IMG/VR virus record: IMGVR_UViG_3300009415_000002
Coordinates: 195-64,194 of that record
Reading direction: 5' to 3' (one strand)
DNA length: 64,000 nucleotides
DNA from: a virus
A program made the translations under genes and the position numbers. This document shows positions 54,178 through 64,000 of this stretch, one piece after another (position 1 is the stretch's first letter; every line of letters starts with the position of its first letter). The notes beneath the pieces were generated by a model. It was given only the letters and a program-made list of their open reading frames with translations. It made no database searches and had not been told where the DNA came from.

Positions 54178-54625
54178 GGTTTCTTTGTTTCCATTGATTC
54201 ATACGAGCCCTTTGTAGCAATATAGCATCTCTATATATAATATGTTTACAAGGCTCTTGTGAATTATTAAGAAAGGCAGGACAAGTACATTCATTTTCTT
54301 TTATGTTGTACAGCTCTTCTCCACCAGCACATATATAACCACCTTGAATAGGAATAATCATATAACCAGCAACTAGCATTTCCGCTGCTACTAATGTCTT
54401 AAATAGATTTTCAAGACCACCGTGATTATGTACGTACTTAGTTATATCATTCTTATATAATTTAACTAAGGCTTCCCCATCTTTTTTAGACTTACCTGTG
54501 TCAAACTTAAAGACAAAGTAAATCTTACCGCTATCTTCTTCAAGAAGAATATCTGGTTCTGAGACTTTGGGTAAATGTTTTTTAGCAAGAAGTTTACTTG
54601 CTAGTAAGTTTTCTAAATTGAACAT
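54167..54625 (-). CDS. SWIM zinc-finger protein
   Basis: ECTCPAFLNNSQEPCKH (CxC...CKH). Confidence 0.7.
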   Translation of the reverse strand: MFNLENLLASKLLAKKHLPKVSEPDILLEEDSGKIYFVFKFDTGKSKKDGEALVKLYKNDITKYVHNHGGLENLFKTLVAAEMLVAGYMIIPIQGGYICAGGEELYNIKENECTCPAFLNNSQEPCKHIIYRDAILLQRARMNQWKQRNLSS

Positions 54626-54672
54626 AATATGCCTACTATTTTTAACTAATAAAATTCTATAATAAATTCATT

Positions 54673-55101
54673 ATGGCAGAATTACCACTATCTAAATTTG
54701 CACCTTTTAATAAAGAAGAGTGTAAATTCCAATATGAAGTATCTAATAAACTAGATGAGATTGGAGTTAAGTGCTCTAACTGTATCTACTTTGGTAAAGA
54801 GCTTCCTAAAGAAGTTGATGAATATGCACTTAGACATCCTATGGAGGATAAAACTATGTATAGCTGCAGTATCTTAACCGATTATGACAACGGTGTTTGT
54901 GATACTAGCTTATGTAGATTCTTTACAAATCAAGAAGAGATTGAAGATGTAAAAGAGGATAACTCAGAATTAGAAGACTCTAATGATTCCTCAGATGAAG
55001 AACTAAGTATTCAAATTCAAAAGCTAGACTTCACTAATAGTGATATTAGTAAAACTATTAATAAATTAAGAGAAAGACTTATAAATGAACAATCAGAATA
55101 A
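54673..55101 (+). CDS. Cys-rich metal-binding hypothetical protein
   Basis: CSNCIYF...C...C..C.FF, acidic tail. Confidence 0.55.
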   Translation: MAELPLSKFAPFNKEECKFQYEVSNKLDEIGVKCSNCIYFGKELPKEVDEYALRHPMEDKTMYSCSILTDYDNGVCDTSLCRFFTNQEEIEDVKEDNSELEDSNDSSDEELSIQIQKLDFTNSDISKTINKLRERLINEQSE

Positions 55102-56680
55102 AGGTACCTTTCTTCAAGAGTTTTATGGAGTACAAGATATTCCAGAGCTTGTTGATGATCAAGGTAAACCAACCAAATTTGCAGAAGCTGCAAGATTCTG
55201 GGGTGAGAAGATACCAAAAACACTTAACGATGTTAAGATGTTAGTATCTAAAGGAGCAGCCCTTACTGCCACAGAAAACCTATCAGTGTCCCAGAAGTTT
55301 AGTCATAACTCCGTATATGGAGGAAGACAAGATCTATCTTTGCTAAGACCTAATCAAGTTAAAGTTCCTTTTGTTAAAACAGGTGCTTGGAAACATGATG
55401 TGTATGGTGAAGTAAAGTTTACAGACTCTGATATTGACCAATTAGTTGAAAACTTTAACAAGGGTGTTGTAGGATTTACTCCTTACTTAACTTTAGGTCA
55501 TCTAGATGAAGAACCAGGATCAACTGATTCTCATCGTAAAAGAGGAGACCTTACAGACATTGTTGTAGAAGGTGAGACAGCTTATGGTATATTTGAAGTT
55601 AATGATGAAATTTATTCTTCAATTCAAAAAGGTGAATACGAATATTCCTCTGGGGAATTTAATCGTAAGTTCACAGATAAAGAATCAGGACAAGATGTTG
55701 GTACAGCAGTTATTAGAGTAGCTCTTACTAACTCACCTTTCTTACCATTTGGAAACGCGAAAGTCCAGGCATTATCTGATAATGTAGAAAGTTGCCCAGA
55801 AACTAAAGAGAATTATGTGTTTCTATTGTCAATAGATACATCTAATACTAGCAATGTCTCTGACGAAGACAAGACAGTTGAGCCTGAAGTTTCAGAAGAA
55901 AAAGCTCAAGCTTTATCTGAAACAACAGAAGTAGAAGCTGCTCCTACTACTGAGTCTGACGATGTTAACAATACTGATACAAGTAAATTAAATAATAAAC
56001 AAAGTATTATGCCACAAGAAAAAACACAAGCAGCTTCTACAGAAGCTAACGTAGCTCCTGCTGTAGTTGAAAAAGTTGAAGACAAAGCTGTTGAACCTGC
56101 TAAGTTAGAAACTGAAGCTGTAGACGTAAAAGACAGTGATTCTTTAAAGACTGAAAAAGTAAAAGAATCAAATAAGACTGATGATGTAATTGCCAATTTA
56201 ACTAGTCAATTAGCAAAAGTTCAAGAATTGTATACTTCTCAATTAGAAGTAGCTAATAAAACTATCACTGATTTAGGAACTAAAGTTTCTGCATTGACAG
56301 ACAAGCTTGCTGGACAAGAGAAAGTAACTCAAGCATTTTCTACTTCTATGAGTAAGGCACAAGAATCTGCTCTTATTCAAGACTTGCAAGTTAATGGAGT
56401 TCAACCAGCAACTGTTCAGAAATTCCTTAGCTTTAAATCTTCTTTTGAAAATGCAGACAACAAAAACATTGTTAAGTTCTCTGTTACATCTGGAGATGAA
56501 ACTAAAGAAGTTGAACAAACTGTTATTGATAGCGTAGCTGATATGCTTAAAGCTGCTGCTGGACAAGCTCCTCTTATTGAGCAACAACTTGGATACAGTG
56601 CTGGACGTAAGAGTGGAGCCTTTGATTTTAGCTCTATTATCGAGCGTAACGCTGAAGCTGCTTCTAAATTAAAAGCCTAA
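55085..56680 (+). CDS. Prohead protease/scaffold (Mu gpI-like)
   Basis: LGHLD, YEYSSGEF, VALTNSPFL, followed by acidic linker and coiled-coil scaffold. Confidence 0.8.
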   Translation: MNNQNKGTFLQEFYGVQDIPELVDDQGKPTKFAEAARFWGEKIPKTLNDVKMLVSKGAALTATENLSVSQKFSHNSVYGGRQDLSLLRPNQVKVPFVKTGAWKHDVYGEVKFTDSDIDQLVENFNKGVVGFTPYLTLGHLDEEPGSTDSHRKRGDLTDIVVEGETAYGIFEVNDEIYSSIQKGEYEYSSGEFNRKFTDKESGQDVGTAVIRVALTNSPFLPFGNAKVQALSDNVESCPETKENYVFLLSIDTSNTSNVSDEDKTVEPEVSEEKAQALSETTEVEAAPTTESDDVNNTDTSKLNNKQSIMPQEKTQAASTEANVAPAVVEKVEDKAVEPAKLETEAVDVKDSDSLKTEKVKESNKTDDVIANLTSQLAKVQELYTSQLEVANKTITDLGTKVSALTDKLAGQEKVTQAFSTSMSKAQESALIQDLQVNGVQPATVQKFLSFKSSFENADNKNIVKFSVTSGDETKEVEQTVIDSVADMLKAAAGQAPLIEQQLGYSAGRKSGAFDFSSIIERNAEAASKLKA

Positions 56681-56714
56681 TTGTAAAAAGTATTACTAAA
56701 TAAATAAAACTCTT

Positions 56715-58013
56715 ATGAACGGAATATCATACCCACCTCTAAATTTTGATGGTAACGTAACTCCTTACGCTATCACTGGCAATACAGAGAATCCAGGTGA
56801 GCCTTCTTTGACCGAACTTGCCAAGTCTTTTCAACCTATTGTAGGTCGTACTCCTCTATCGGAAGTTTTCCCAGATGAAAACATCGGTGAACGACATGTG
56901 TACATTCAACAAGAAATGAGTACTGTTGACACAATCTTTCCTCTAGTTAAGTTTGGTCAGCCAGATGTTATCTTGGGCCATAATTATGGAACCATGAGAG
57001 CATTCACAGTACAACCTCTATATATTAGACGTTCTTCATTCGTTTCATACGGTGAAATTAACTCTAAGATTAAGCCTGGTTCTACTAATGACAAATGGTC
57101 TCCAGAAGAACAGATTTCCAATGTTATCCAAGGGATGGTGCGTGAGCATAATCTTACTTGGGATGTATGGCGTGCTTCTATGCTATTGGGTGGTATTAAT
57201 TATACTGACCCACGTTCTGGTGTAGGTGCTTCTGTTAATGCACAAATTCCTGCTCGTAACTTCTTCCATTATGGAGTAACTGCTGGATACCGTGGTCGTC
57301 CTGAAGCTCAATTATTCAAAACTCTTTCAGACTTCAATGACACCGAGCCTAATAACGCTGGTGTACCTTGGACTCATCCTGATGCTGACATTGTAAACAG
57401 TGTTGCTCGTTTTGTCCGTTGGTTCCGTGAAACTAACAAAGGTATTGTAACTCGTATGTATATGCATCCAGAACTTAAGGAAGTTCTTATGATGTCTAAT
57501 CAAGTTCGTCTTGTTACTGGTGGTTTACTAGGTAATCCTGGTAAAACTGAAACAGTTACAGACCCTACTAAAGATATTGTTGGACGTGACCATATGGGTC
57601 TAAGCGGATTCCAATTAGGTTTATCTGCTGACGGTCTTACTTCTATTGCTGGGGTACCTATCTACACTGTAGAGACTACTTATAAAGATCCAGTCGATGG
57701 TATTAATAAACGTGTATGGCCTAAGAATAAGGTTGTATTTGTTGCTGATCGTACTACTAATGGTGAATCTATCCAAGTTGGTCGTACTCAGTTCTGTGTA
57801 TCTGAAGAAAGTGGTGGAGCTCCTGGTCTATGGACTCGCCGTCAGACTGAAACTCAAATCCCTGCTGCTCCTGGTATGCATGTACAAATGGGCAACGCCG
57901 GGATGCCTTACTTAAGATATCCGTACATGGTTGCGCACATGACTGTGTGTGACGTTGAGGATATCAACAACAGACTTGGTGTATTAGGTGACCTACACTT
58001 CGGTCAATTCTAA
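56715..58013 (+). CDS. Major capsid protein
   Basis: 432 aa directly after protease/scaffold; strong codon bias; followed by terminator. Confidence 0.75.
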   Translation: MNGISYPPLNFDGNVTPYAITGNTENPGEPSLTELAKSFQPIVGRTPLSEVFPDENIGERHVYIQQEMSTVDTIFPLVKFGQPDVILGHNYGTMRAFTVQPLYIRRSSFVSYGEINSKIKPGSTNDKWSPEEQISNVIQGMVREHNLTWDVWRASMLLGGINYTDPRSGVGASVNAQIPARNFFHYGVTAGYRGRPEAQLFKTLSDFNDTEPNNAGVPWTHPDADIVNSVARFVRWFRETNKGIVTRMYMHPELKEVLMMSNQVRLVTGGLLGNPGKTETVTDPTKDIVGRDHMGLSGFQLGLSADGLTSIAGVPIYTVETTYKDPVDGINKRVWPKNKVVFVADRTTNGESIQVGRTQFCVSEESGGAPGLWTRRQTETQIPAAPGMHVQMGNAGMPYLRYPYMVAHMTVCDVEDINNRLGVLGDLHFGQF

Positions 58014-58034
58014 ATAACCCTTTCTGATTAATAT

Positions 58035-58062
58035 AATGTAGCCTAGTATTAGGCTACATTAT
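58035..58062 (+). terminator. Hairpin after major capsid gene
   Basis: TAATGTAGCCTA-GTAT-TAGGCTACATTA perfect 12-bp stem. Confidence 0.65.
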
Positions 58063-58103
58063 TAGACTAGAATTTTACTATTGGTAATTTAAAAAATAAA
58101 ACT

Positions 58104-59255
58104 ATGCTTAATTCACATCAAATCCTTGCTGGTGCTCGCACTAAAGGTGGTATCAAAACTTATGTTGATGCCGATTATGTTGTACGCCCCGAAGTTACAT
58201 TAGCCTCAGACGCCCTTTCTTTTGATGGTGCAATTGAACTTGATGGCGAAGTCTTTGACCTTAACACTTACGGCTTAGATCTATCTACTATTAGTTCTCT
58301 ATTAGTTGATGGTGATTATATTGTTGGAGCTGTTCCTTCTTATGATGAACCAGCTGACCGAGCTGAGGCTGAAGGTGCAGGTAAAAACTACTATGTAAGT
58401 GCAACTGCTACTGGAGACACTATTCTTCATTACTTCCTACCTTCAGCATTGGAAGCTGAAATGGCTGCTGCAGGTGGTTACGATCAACTTTATAAGTTGA
58501 GAGCAATGGGTGCTGCATCTCCTCTTGAGATTCAGTTAATTAACCGTTACTCTGATGAACTAGAAAGATTGTCGGACCCTCGTTATGTAGGTCAATTATT
58601 AATTCCTACTGGCGTTGAGTATGTACTAAGACGTGTATTCCCTCAAGATAATAAATCCAAACGCGATGCATTAGTTGGTCTTACTAATCAACAAATTGAA
58701 TTGTTTATTGCTACTCAAGGTTATATTGCAGCTCAACGTGCTATTTATGCTATTGGTGATGCTTATATTACTAGCGATAACGACGGTGTTCTAGCTAAAG
58801 TTAAACGTGCTTTTGCATATGATTCTGAAGCTGATGCTGCTGCTGACGTAAATGGTACAGAGATTCGTCTAGACTACAAAACTGGAGACACTCTTTCCAG
58901 CCCTGTAGATTTAGATGGAGATGCTATTACTGGTCATAGCCACATTGCTCTATTTGAATACTACCAACCTACTTATATGTCTAAAGGACATGAAGGAACT
59001 AACCCTGGTATTCTAGATACTTATACTAAGCAAGATAGCTTACTATTAGGTCGTTTGAATCCTATTTACTTAGCACGTGACTTTGAAGTTGCTCGTGTAA
59101 GTGCAGGACGTGGTAAACCTTTAAGTGCGTTGACTAAGTACGGACATCCTCTAGCTGTAGCCAAGTTTAATCTTGATGGTGGTACATTTAGTGCTTCAAG
59201 CAAGTATACTCCAGGTGCGTTCATTCCTTCTGGTGGTCCAACTCCTACTCCATAG
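58104..59255 (+). CDS. Abundant head-associated protein (second head/decoration protein)
   Basis: 383 aa, capsid-like codon bias, position after MCP. Confidence 0.5.
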   Translation: MLNSHQILAGARTKGGIKTYVDADYVVRPEVTLASDALSFDGAIELDGEVFDLNTYGLDLSTISSLLVDGDYIVGAVPSYDEPADRAEAEGAGKNYYVSATATGDTILHYFLPSALEAEMAAAGGYDQLYKLRAMGAASPLEIQLINRYSDELERLSDPRYVGQLLIPTGVEYVLRRVFPQDNKSKRDALVGLTNQQIELFIATQGYIAAQRAIYAIGDAYITSDNDGVLAKVKRAFAYDSEADAAADVNGTEIRLDYKTGDTLSSPVDLDGDAITGHSHIALFEYYQPTYMSKGHEGTNPGILDTYTKQDSLLLGRLNPIYLARDFEVARVSAGRGKPLSALTKYGHPLAVAKFNLDGGTFSASSKYTPGAFIPSGGPTPTP

Positions 59256-59287
59256 AGTATAATAAGAAAAATACACAGAGAGAATAA

Positions 59288-60058
59288 ATGATTAGAATTC
59301 AAATTACAAGCCCATTCAGACATCAGTTTCGTACAAGCGACTATGATGATAAGACTGTGGCTGATAAGATGATTAAAGACTGTTTCTTAACTGCTGGTAG
59401 TTATTACCACTTAGATCTCAAAAAAGATCGTGAAGAAATTAAGTTTATTCTCTCTCCTAACTTTGTTTTTAAAAGCTATATTCATGTAGACCTTGAATCC
59501 ATCCCAGCTGACCTAGCTAAAGAGCTAGAGTTAGAGGGTGGATTTACTAATACGTTTACACTACCAAGAGATGAAGAGTATATTCCTACTCTTATTCAAG
59601 ACAATAAGTTTGTACATAGTCCTGATGACTATTACCCAACTTTAATTGAGGCTAAAGACGAACAAGATTATACTGTTCGAGAACCTAAGCCAAACATCTT
59701 TGATAAGACTACTTCTGTTGCTCCAGAACCTGAAGTTGAAGAAGTCGTTGATACAGTAGAAGAAGAAAAGAATCAAGGTGCTTTAAATACACCAGACCTC
59801 GAACCAGTTGAGGAACCTTCTGAAGAAGTAGAAAACGTAGAAACTAAAGACGTTAGTAGAGAGACTCGTAAAGACGAACTAGATGGACTTCATTATATGA
59901 AGATCAAAGAGATATGTGAACTCTATGATATTGATTATACTAATAAGAAAGAAGTCGTCAGCCAGATTCTAGATTTAGAATTTGGTAATCCTGACTCAGA
60001 AATCAGTACTAATATTGATGTAAAAGAAACTGAGAAAGGAAGCCCAACCAATATTTAA
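59288..60058 (+). CDS. Acidic protein with C-terminal HeH/Rho-N-like helical motif
   Basis: ELDGLHYMKIKEICELYDIDYTNKKEVVSQIL. Confidence 0.5.
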   Translation: MIRIQITSPFRHQFRTSDYDDKTVADKMIKDCFLTAGSYYHLDLKKDREEIKFILSPNFVFKSYIHVDLESIPADLAKELELEGGFTNTFTLPRDEEYIPTLIQDNKFVHSPDDYYPTLIEAKDEQDYTVREPKPNIFDKTTSVAPEPEVEEVVDTVEEEKNQGALNTPDLEPVEEPSEEVENVETKDVSRETRKDELDGLHYMKIKEICELYDIDYTNKKEVVSQILDLEFGNPDSEISTNIDVKETEKGSPTNI

Positions 60059-60071
60059 ACCAGGATAGATA

Positions 60072-62219
60072 ATGGCTAACATTTCTCAAGTACAACTCAT
60101 AGCAAATACACTGGCTCCAGCCGGCACTTTTACAACCGTTGATGTTGAACCAGACTTTGCTAAGTTAGTACGCTCAGCAAGTGTTTTGCTTAAAGACAAT
60201 GGAGCTTTATCTTATGAAGATATAAGAAGAGCAACTCCTGGTGAAATTCACACAATCTTTCTACGTATCGCTACAGGTCGTAATGCTAATAATGATTTTC
60301 TTTATACAGCAGACGATATTGTAGAAATGATGCAGCCTACAGGTGGTACTGGGGCTACTAAAGAAAGATACAATATGTACGGACAAGCTTTAACATGGGC
60401 AGCTGCTAAACTAGTAGCTTCCCATCTTTTAGCAACTATACCTCTTCAATCTAATCTTAAGTTTTACGACGTTGCTAAAGACTTAAAAGAGACAGCTATT
60501 GAAGATGTTGAAAGAATTATAAAACTCCTTGATAACGATGTAGCTCAACCTACAGACATTTCTACAGACGAACAAGGACAGATAAGTTTATATATAGCAC
60601 ATGATTTAAACTTAGCGACTATACCTGAGTCATCATTTAATATACCAGATACTAGCTCTAGTTCTGTGCCTTTATCACAGCAGAACGGCCCTACATACGA
60701 TGCACCAGTAGAATTAAAAGATAGCGTATTCACCCATAGAGGAGTAGAAATACCTACTGGACAAGTAGGCTTTTGTTATTTCTATATGACAGGCCAAGCT
60801 ATTGATGCAGATAAAGATGCAATACTAGCTGCCAACGAAGTCAATAACAGTTCCTCAGTATCCTATAAAATAGAAGATGTATTTAGAGTTCCTGATAATG
60901 CTGATATAGATACCATTATTACATTAGTATCAGATGCTATAAATATAAAAACATTAGAAGTAATCCCTAACACTGCAATAGGAAACATTCTAGTAGGTCC
61001 TGAAAGAGGACAGACTATTGCAAGACCTCAATTTGCTGTTAAAGGAGAGTTATATCCTGAAACAACAAGTTTAAAAACAAGGCCTGCCACTTTTGATTTA
61101 GTATATAGAGTTAACAGACTTAACTTTGAAGTTAGAAGATCGTCAAGTAAAGTGACCGCTGAGCTTCTAACTATTATGTTTTATACTGTAGATGAAGCTA
61201 GTTGGAATACTTATCAGTTTGATAATAATGTTAGCAACTTAAGAAACTCTGGAAGTTTTGGAATAAAAGGTTTGATCTTTGGTCAGACTCAAAACTATAG
61301 TTCTCTTAGCACAACATCTCCTTTTTCAGTCTTACTTAAAGTAGATAAAGGAAGCGTAATACCAGTATCTATACAATCTGATCAACTAGGTAATGGAGAT
61401 GATCCTGATCTTAGTGCAGATGGAAATCTTTTACCTATAGATTCTTTTTACTTCCATGCTCCTAATAGTCATGCAGGCTTTTCTAAGAACTTAGTTTTGA
61501 GAGTATCTTCAACAGCTTATGGTGCTAAATCACCTGATCTAATAGAAGTAGATTTAGTTAATCCTCCAATATTACCTAGACCCATTATTCCTGGAGAAGT
61601 AAGAGAAAATGAATGGACACCTCCTAATTGTATAGGAGAAGAAGTAGCTAAGAGAGTAACAGAAGCTATCTATAAATATACTAGAGTTACTAATACAAAT
61701 GAAGATGATAGCGACAACACTAATATTCTAGCTGTTCATTTAGGAGAGTATAGTCTTAAGACTCGTAGAATTAATGAATCTGAAGAAGAAGTCTATGAAA
61801 TTAATCTTCGTAATTTGCGAACAGATAATGCAGATACTAATGAAGTAGAATACAAAATGGACTTTGATGCAGGTCGAGTTCAGATAGTAGGATTTAAATA
61901 TAAGAGTCGTGAATTTAAAATTGTAGTAGATATTATACAGATACCTTCTGAGCTATACGTTGCTACAGGTAACTATAAAAACAGAAGAACTATCTGGGTA
62001 AAAGGTAAACCTAGGTCTATTACAATAGAAACAAAAGTACTTAATCCAGCGAGTGAAACAGTGGCAGAAACTATATCTCAACAACTAAATTCAGTAAAGG
62101 CTAGTGTAGGAAAAGCTAGTGCTTCTAATTCACCTTTACTGCAGTCAGTATATGACAAACGTAAATTATTAAGAGAATCACTAAGAGGATTTCCTAACAG
62201 ATGGCACGACAAGTATTAG
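60072..62219 (+). CDS. Putative head-tail adaptor with long C-terminal extension
   Basis: N-terminal helical ALTWAAAKLVASHLL...AIEDVERII pattern typical of adaptors; position in neck cluster. Confidence 0.4.
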   Translation: MANISQVQLIANTLAPAGTFTTVDVEPDFAKLVRSASVLLKDNGALSYEDIRRATPGEIHTIFLRIATGRNANNDFLYTADDIVEMMQPTGGTGATKERYNMYGQALTWAAAKLVASHLLATIPLQSNLKFYDVAKDLKETAIEDVERIIKLLDNDVAQPTDISTDEQGQISLYIAHDLNLATIPESSFNIPDTSSSSVPLSQQNGPTYDAPVELKDSVFTHRGVEIPTGQVGFCYFYMTGQAIDADKDAILAANEVNNSSSVSYKIEDVFRVPDNADIDTIITLVSDAINIKTLEVIPNTAIGNILVGPERGQTIARPQFAVKGELYPETTSLKTRPATFDLVYRVNRLNFEVRRSSSKVTAELLTIMFYTVDEASWNTYQFDNNVSNLRNSGSFGIKGLIFGQTQNYSSLSTTSPFSVLLKVDKGSVIPVSIQSDQLGNGDDPDLSADGNLLPIDSFYFHAPNSHAGFSKNLVLRVSSTAYGAKSPDLIEVDLVNPPILPRPIIPGEVRENEWTPPNCIGEEVAKRVTEAIYKYTRVTNTNEDDSDNTNILAVHLGEYSLKTRRINESEEEVYEINLRNLRTDNADTNEVEYKMDFDAGRVQIVGFKYKSREFKIVVDIIQIPSELYVATGNYKNRRTIWVKGKPRSITIETKVLNPASETVAETISQQLNSVKASVGKASASNSPLLQSVYDKRKLLRESLRGFPNRWHDKY

Positions 62220-62932
62220 CACCCCCTGCACCTGGGTTAACCAATTTAGTAAGATGCTTATTTATCTATCTATCAAATCATCCTTTATTTATTAATCCTA
62301 TTGTTAGACATCCATTAACAAAAGATTTAATAGGGATAAGCAGATATAGGCTGCATGATGGACAAGAAGTAAGAAACGGATTAACTTGTAGTATTTTTGC
62401 ATATGCAGGATCACAAGGAGGTATCCCCACCCCTTCCAGTAGAAATGTATCGTCTATGTTTGAACCTTATAGTTTAGGTTCTGAAGGAACTGATATGGCA
62501 CAATTCCATATCGTTATAAAGTTCTCTTTTAATGAAGTTTCTTTAAATAGAAAACTTAATGATGAGAATGTAGTAGAGGTACCAGCCTGGAGTTCATTTG
62601 GTGTTGGGCAAAGATTGCTCACATCCAACACAAAAAAGAATGTATCATTAGAAATAAATCCGGGTATAGATATTATCCAAGATTATCTAATGATAACTAA
62701 ATATATTTTAGATGATAGTATCCATAGAAAAGATTTTCCTCTAGAAGGAGTCAGCTCATTCGAGATGTTGTCACAAAATGTAAAATCGATAAGATGGGAA
62801 GAACAAGATGCAATCTACTTCCAAGAAGGTGTAGCTATGACAAGATTCAATGCTTACATCTCTAGAGGATGGAGAGATAGTTTAAATCCCCTATATCTTT
62901 CACAATCAAATATTAACAATACTATTAATTAA
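62201..62932 (+). CDS. Putative neck/tail-completion protein
   Basis: 243 aa immediately before the sheath gene. Confidence 0.45.
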   Translation: MARQVLAPPAPGLTNLVRCLFIYLSNHPLFINPIVRHPLTKDLIGISRYRLHDGQEVRNGLTCSIFAYAGSQGGIPTPSSRNVSSMFEPYSLGSEGTDMAQFHIVIKFSFNEVSLNRKLNDENVVEVPAWSSFGVGQRLLTSNTKKNVSLEINPGIDIIQDYLMITKYILDDSIHRKDFPLEGVSSFEMLSQNVKSIRWEEQDAIYFQEGVAMTRFNAYISRGWRDSLNPLYLSQSNINNTIN

Positions 62933-62941
62933 TAAATAGAT

Positions 62942-64000
62942 ATGCTCATACCTCAAATTACTTTTAATGAAGCTAATGTAGGTGTTCAACCTATTCAACC
63001 TAATGTTCGTAACAGAATTGGCATCGTTGGTCAATTTAGTCGTGGACCTGCAAACGTTTTTGCATACGTAAATGGATTTAGCGAATTCGCTTCTATTTAT
63101 GGATCTGACTCATCTACTGGTTCAGTTGGTTATCAAGCTGCATACGATCAAGGAGCGAGAAACTTTGGTCTTGTCCGTGTATTAGGACGTAGTCAGCCTG
63201 CCTTTGGTGAAATCATCGTAGGCGGTGTCTCAACTAAAGAGAACAATATTGACTTTAGAATTACAGGTGTTCAAGAACCTTTTTCAGAACTTCAGTCTAC
63301 TTTTAAAATGGACATTGAGACCAATGGTACATTCACTGGTCAAAGCTCAGGACGTTATGTATTTGTAGTAACAGATGCTACTCCAAATGCTACCGTAGTT
63401 AAATATAAATTTTACACAAACTCCGAAGCAACTAGCCGACTAGATGCTCTTGCTAAATTCACTAGTGCTGAACAAGCATTAGTAACTACTGCTGCTGGAG
63501 TTACTCCATCAGAAGGTGTTCTTACCTTTGATGCTAGTACAGTTACAGTACCTCACTCAGAACCTATTGAAAATGGGTTTAACGTAATCTTTGGAGATGT
63601 AGGAGATACACTTTTCTTTTCATTAGACCAAAAGTTTACAGTTGATGTATTTTCTAAGAGCTATAACATTCCAGTTAACATTGGAGACGGTGCTGTTGAA
63701 ATAGCTAACAGCTTTGTTAATGCAACTCAAGGAGCTGACCCACTAGGAACAGTTACTAACTCAGTTAACTATGTAACTACTGGTTCAAGTAACTACACAG
63801 CTAATGTCAAGTTTGAATTTGACAATGATACTATTACTGGAGCAGAAGGTAATAATTATCATTACAACATTAATTTAGATGAGCCAGACGGTTTCTTTAA
63901 TGTTGGAGATATCACTTGGGATGAAAACACACCTCTTGATTTAGTAACTACAGATGCTGAGGCAGCTTTACTTGCTAATGGAGATGAAATTACTTTCCCT
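62942..64000 (+). CDS. Contractile tail sheath protein (N-terminal part; runs off window)
   Basis: Hand translation MLIPQITFNEANVG...RIGIVGQFSRGP...FSEFASIYG...GARNFGLVRVLG; missing from ORF track because truncated. Confidence 0.85.
   Translation, partial: MLIPQITFNEANVGVQPIQPNVRNRIGIVGQFSRGPANVFAYVNGFSEFASIYGSDSSTGSVGYQAAYDQGARNFGLVRVLGRSQPAFGEIIVGGVSTKENNIDFRITGVQEPFSELQSTFKMDIETNGTFTGQSSGRYVFVVTDATPNATVVKYKFYTNSEATSRLDALAKFTSAEQALVTTAAGVTPSEGVLTFDASTVTVPHSEPIENGFNVIFGDVGDTLFFSLDQKFTVDVFSKSYNIPVNIGDGAVEIANSFVNATQGADPLGTVTNSVNYVTTGSSNYTANVKFEFDNDTITGAEGNNYHYNINLDEPDGFFNVGDITWDENTPLDLVTTDAEAALLANGDEITFP

Noticed and set aside
51202-60733. Nested ORFs in structural genes (51202, 51673, 52920, 53622, 55017, 55906, 56273, 57697, 59066, 60545)
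   Set aside because: Shadows of portal, fibre, protease and capsid genes
1-64000. Terminase, DNA polymerase, integrase, endolysin, rRNA
   Set aside because: No supporting motifs recognised in this window; they may lie outside it

Overview
AT-rich segment of a large lytic contractile-tailed phage (tail sheath and PAAR spike present). The host cannot be determined from the sequence; from memory the head-to-sheath gene order resembles freshwater cyanomyoviruses such as Ma-LMM01, which needs a homology search. Left part (1-25416, minus strand) is an early/host-takeover region: many small ORFs, four free-standing HNH endonucleases, tRNA-Glu and tRNA-Pro, an atypical kinase, an array of 13 single-gene cassettes each preceded by a conserved hairpin-TTATTTTGT element, and a 1446-aa single-chain two-barrel RNA polymerase (catalytic GDSDGD). 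Middle part (25.6-35 kb): HNH/GIY-YIG fusion, CTP synthase, a sugar-binding-type periplasmic protein, a GAF/holin-like membrane cluster, basic peptides and spike genes. Right part: a 4708-aa protein carrying a two-HKD phospholipase-D domain AND a second two-barrel RNA polymerase (GDWDGD), divergent from a -1 frameshifted tail-chaperone pair, followed by portal, fibres, protease/scaffold, major capsid, neck genes and the start of the tail sheath. The standout system is a dual (likely virion + non-virion) single-chain RNA polymerase architecture, with the putative virion enzyme fused to a PLD domain, plus repeated cis-elements that are candidate phage promoters/terminators. All domain calls are by-eye motif matches, not database results.
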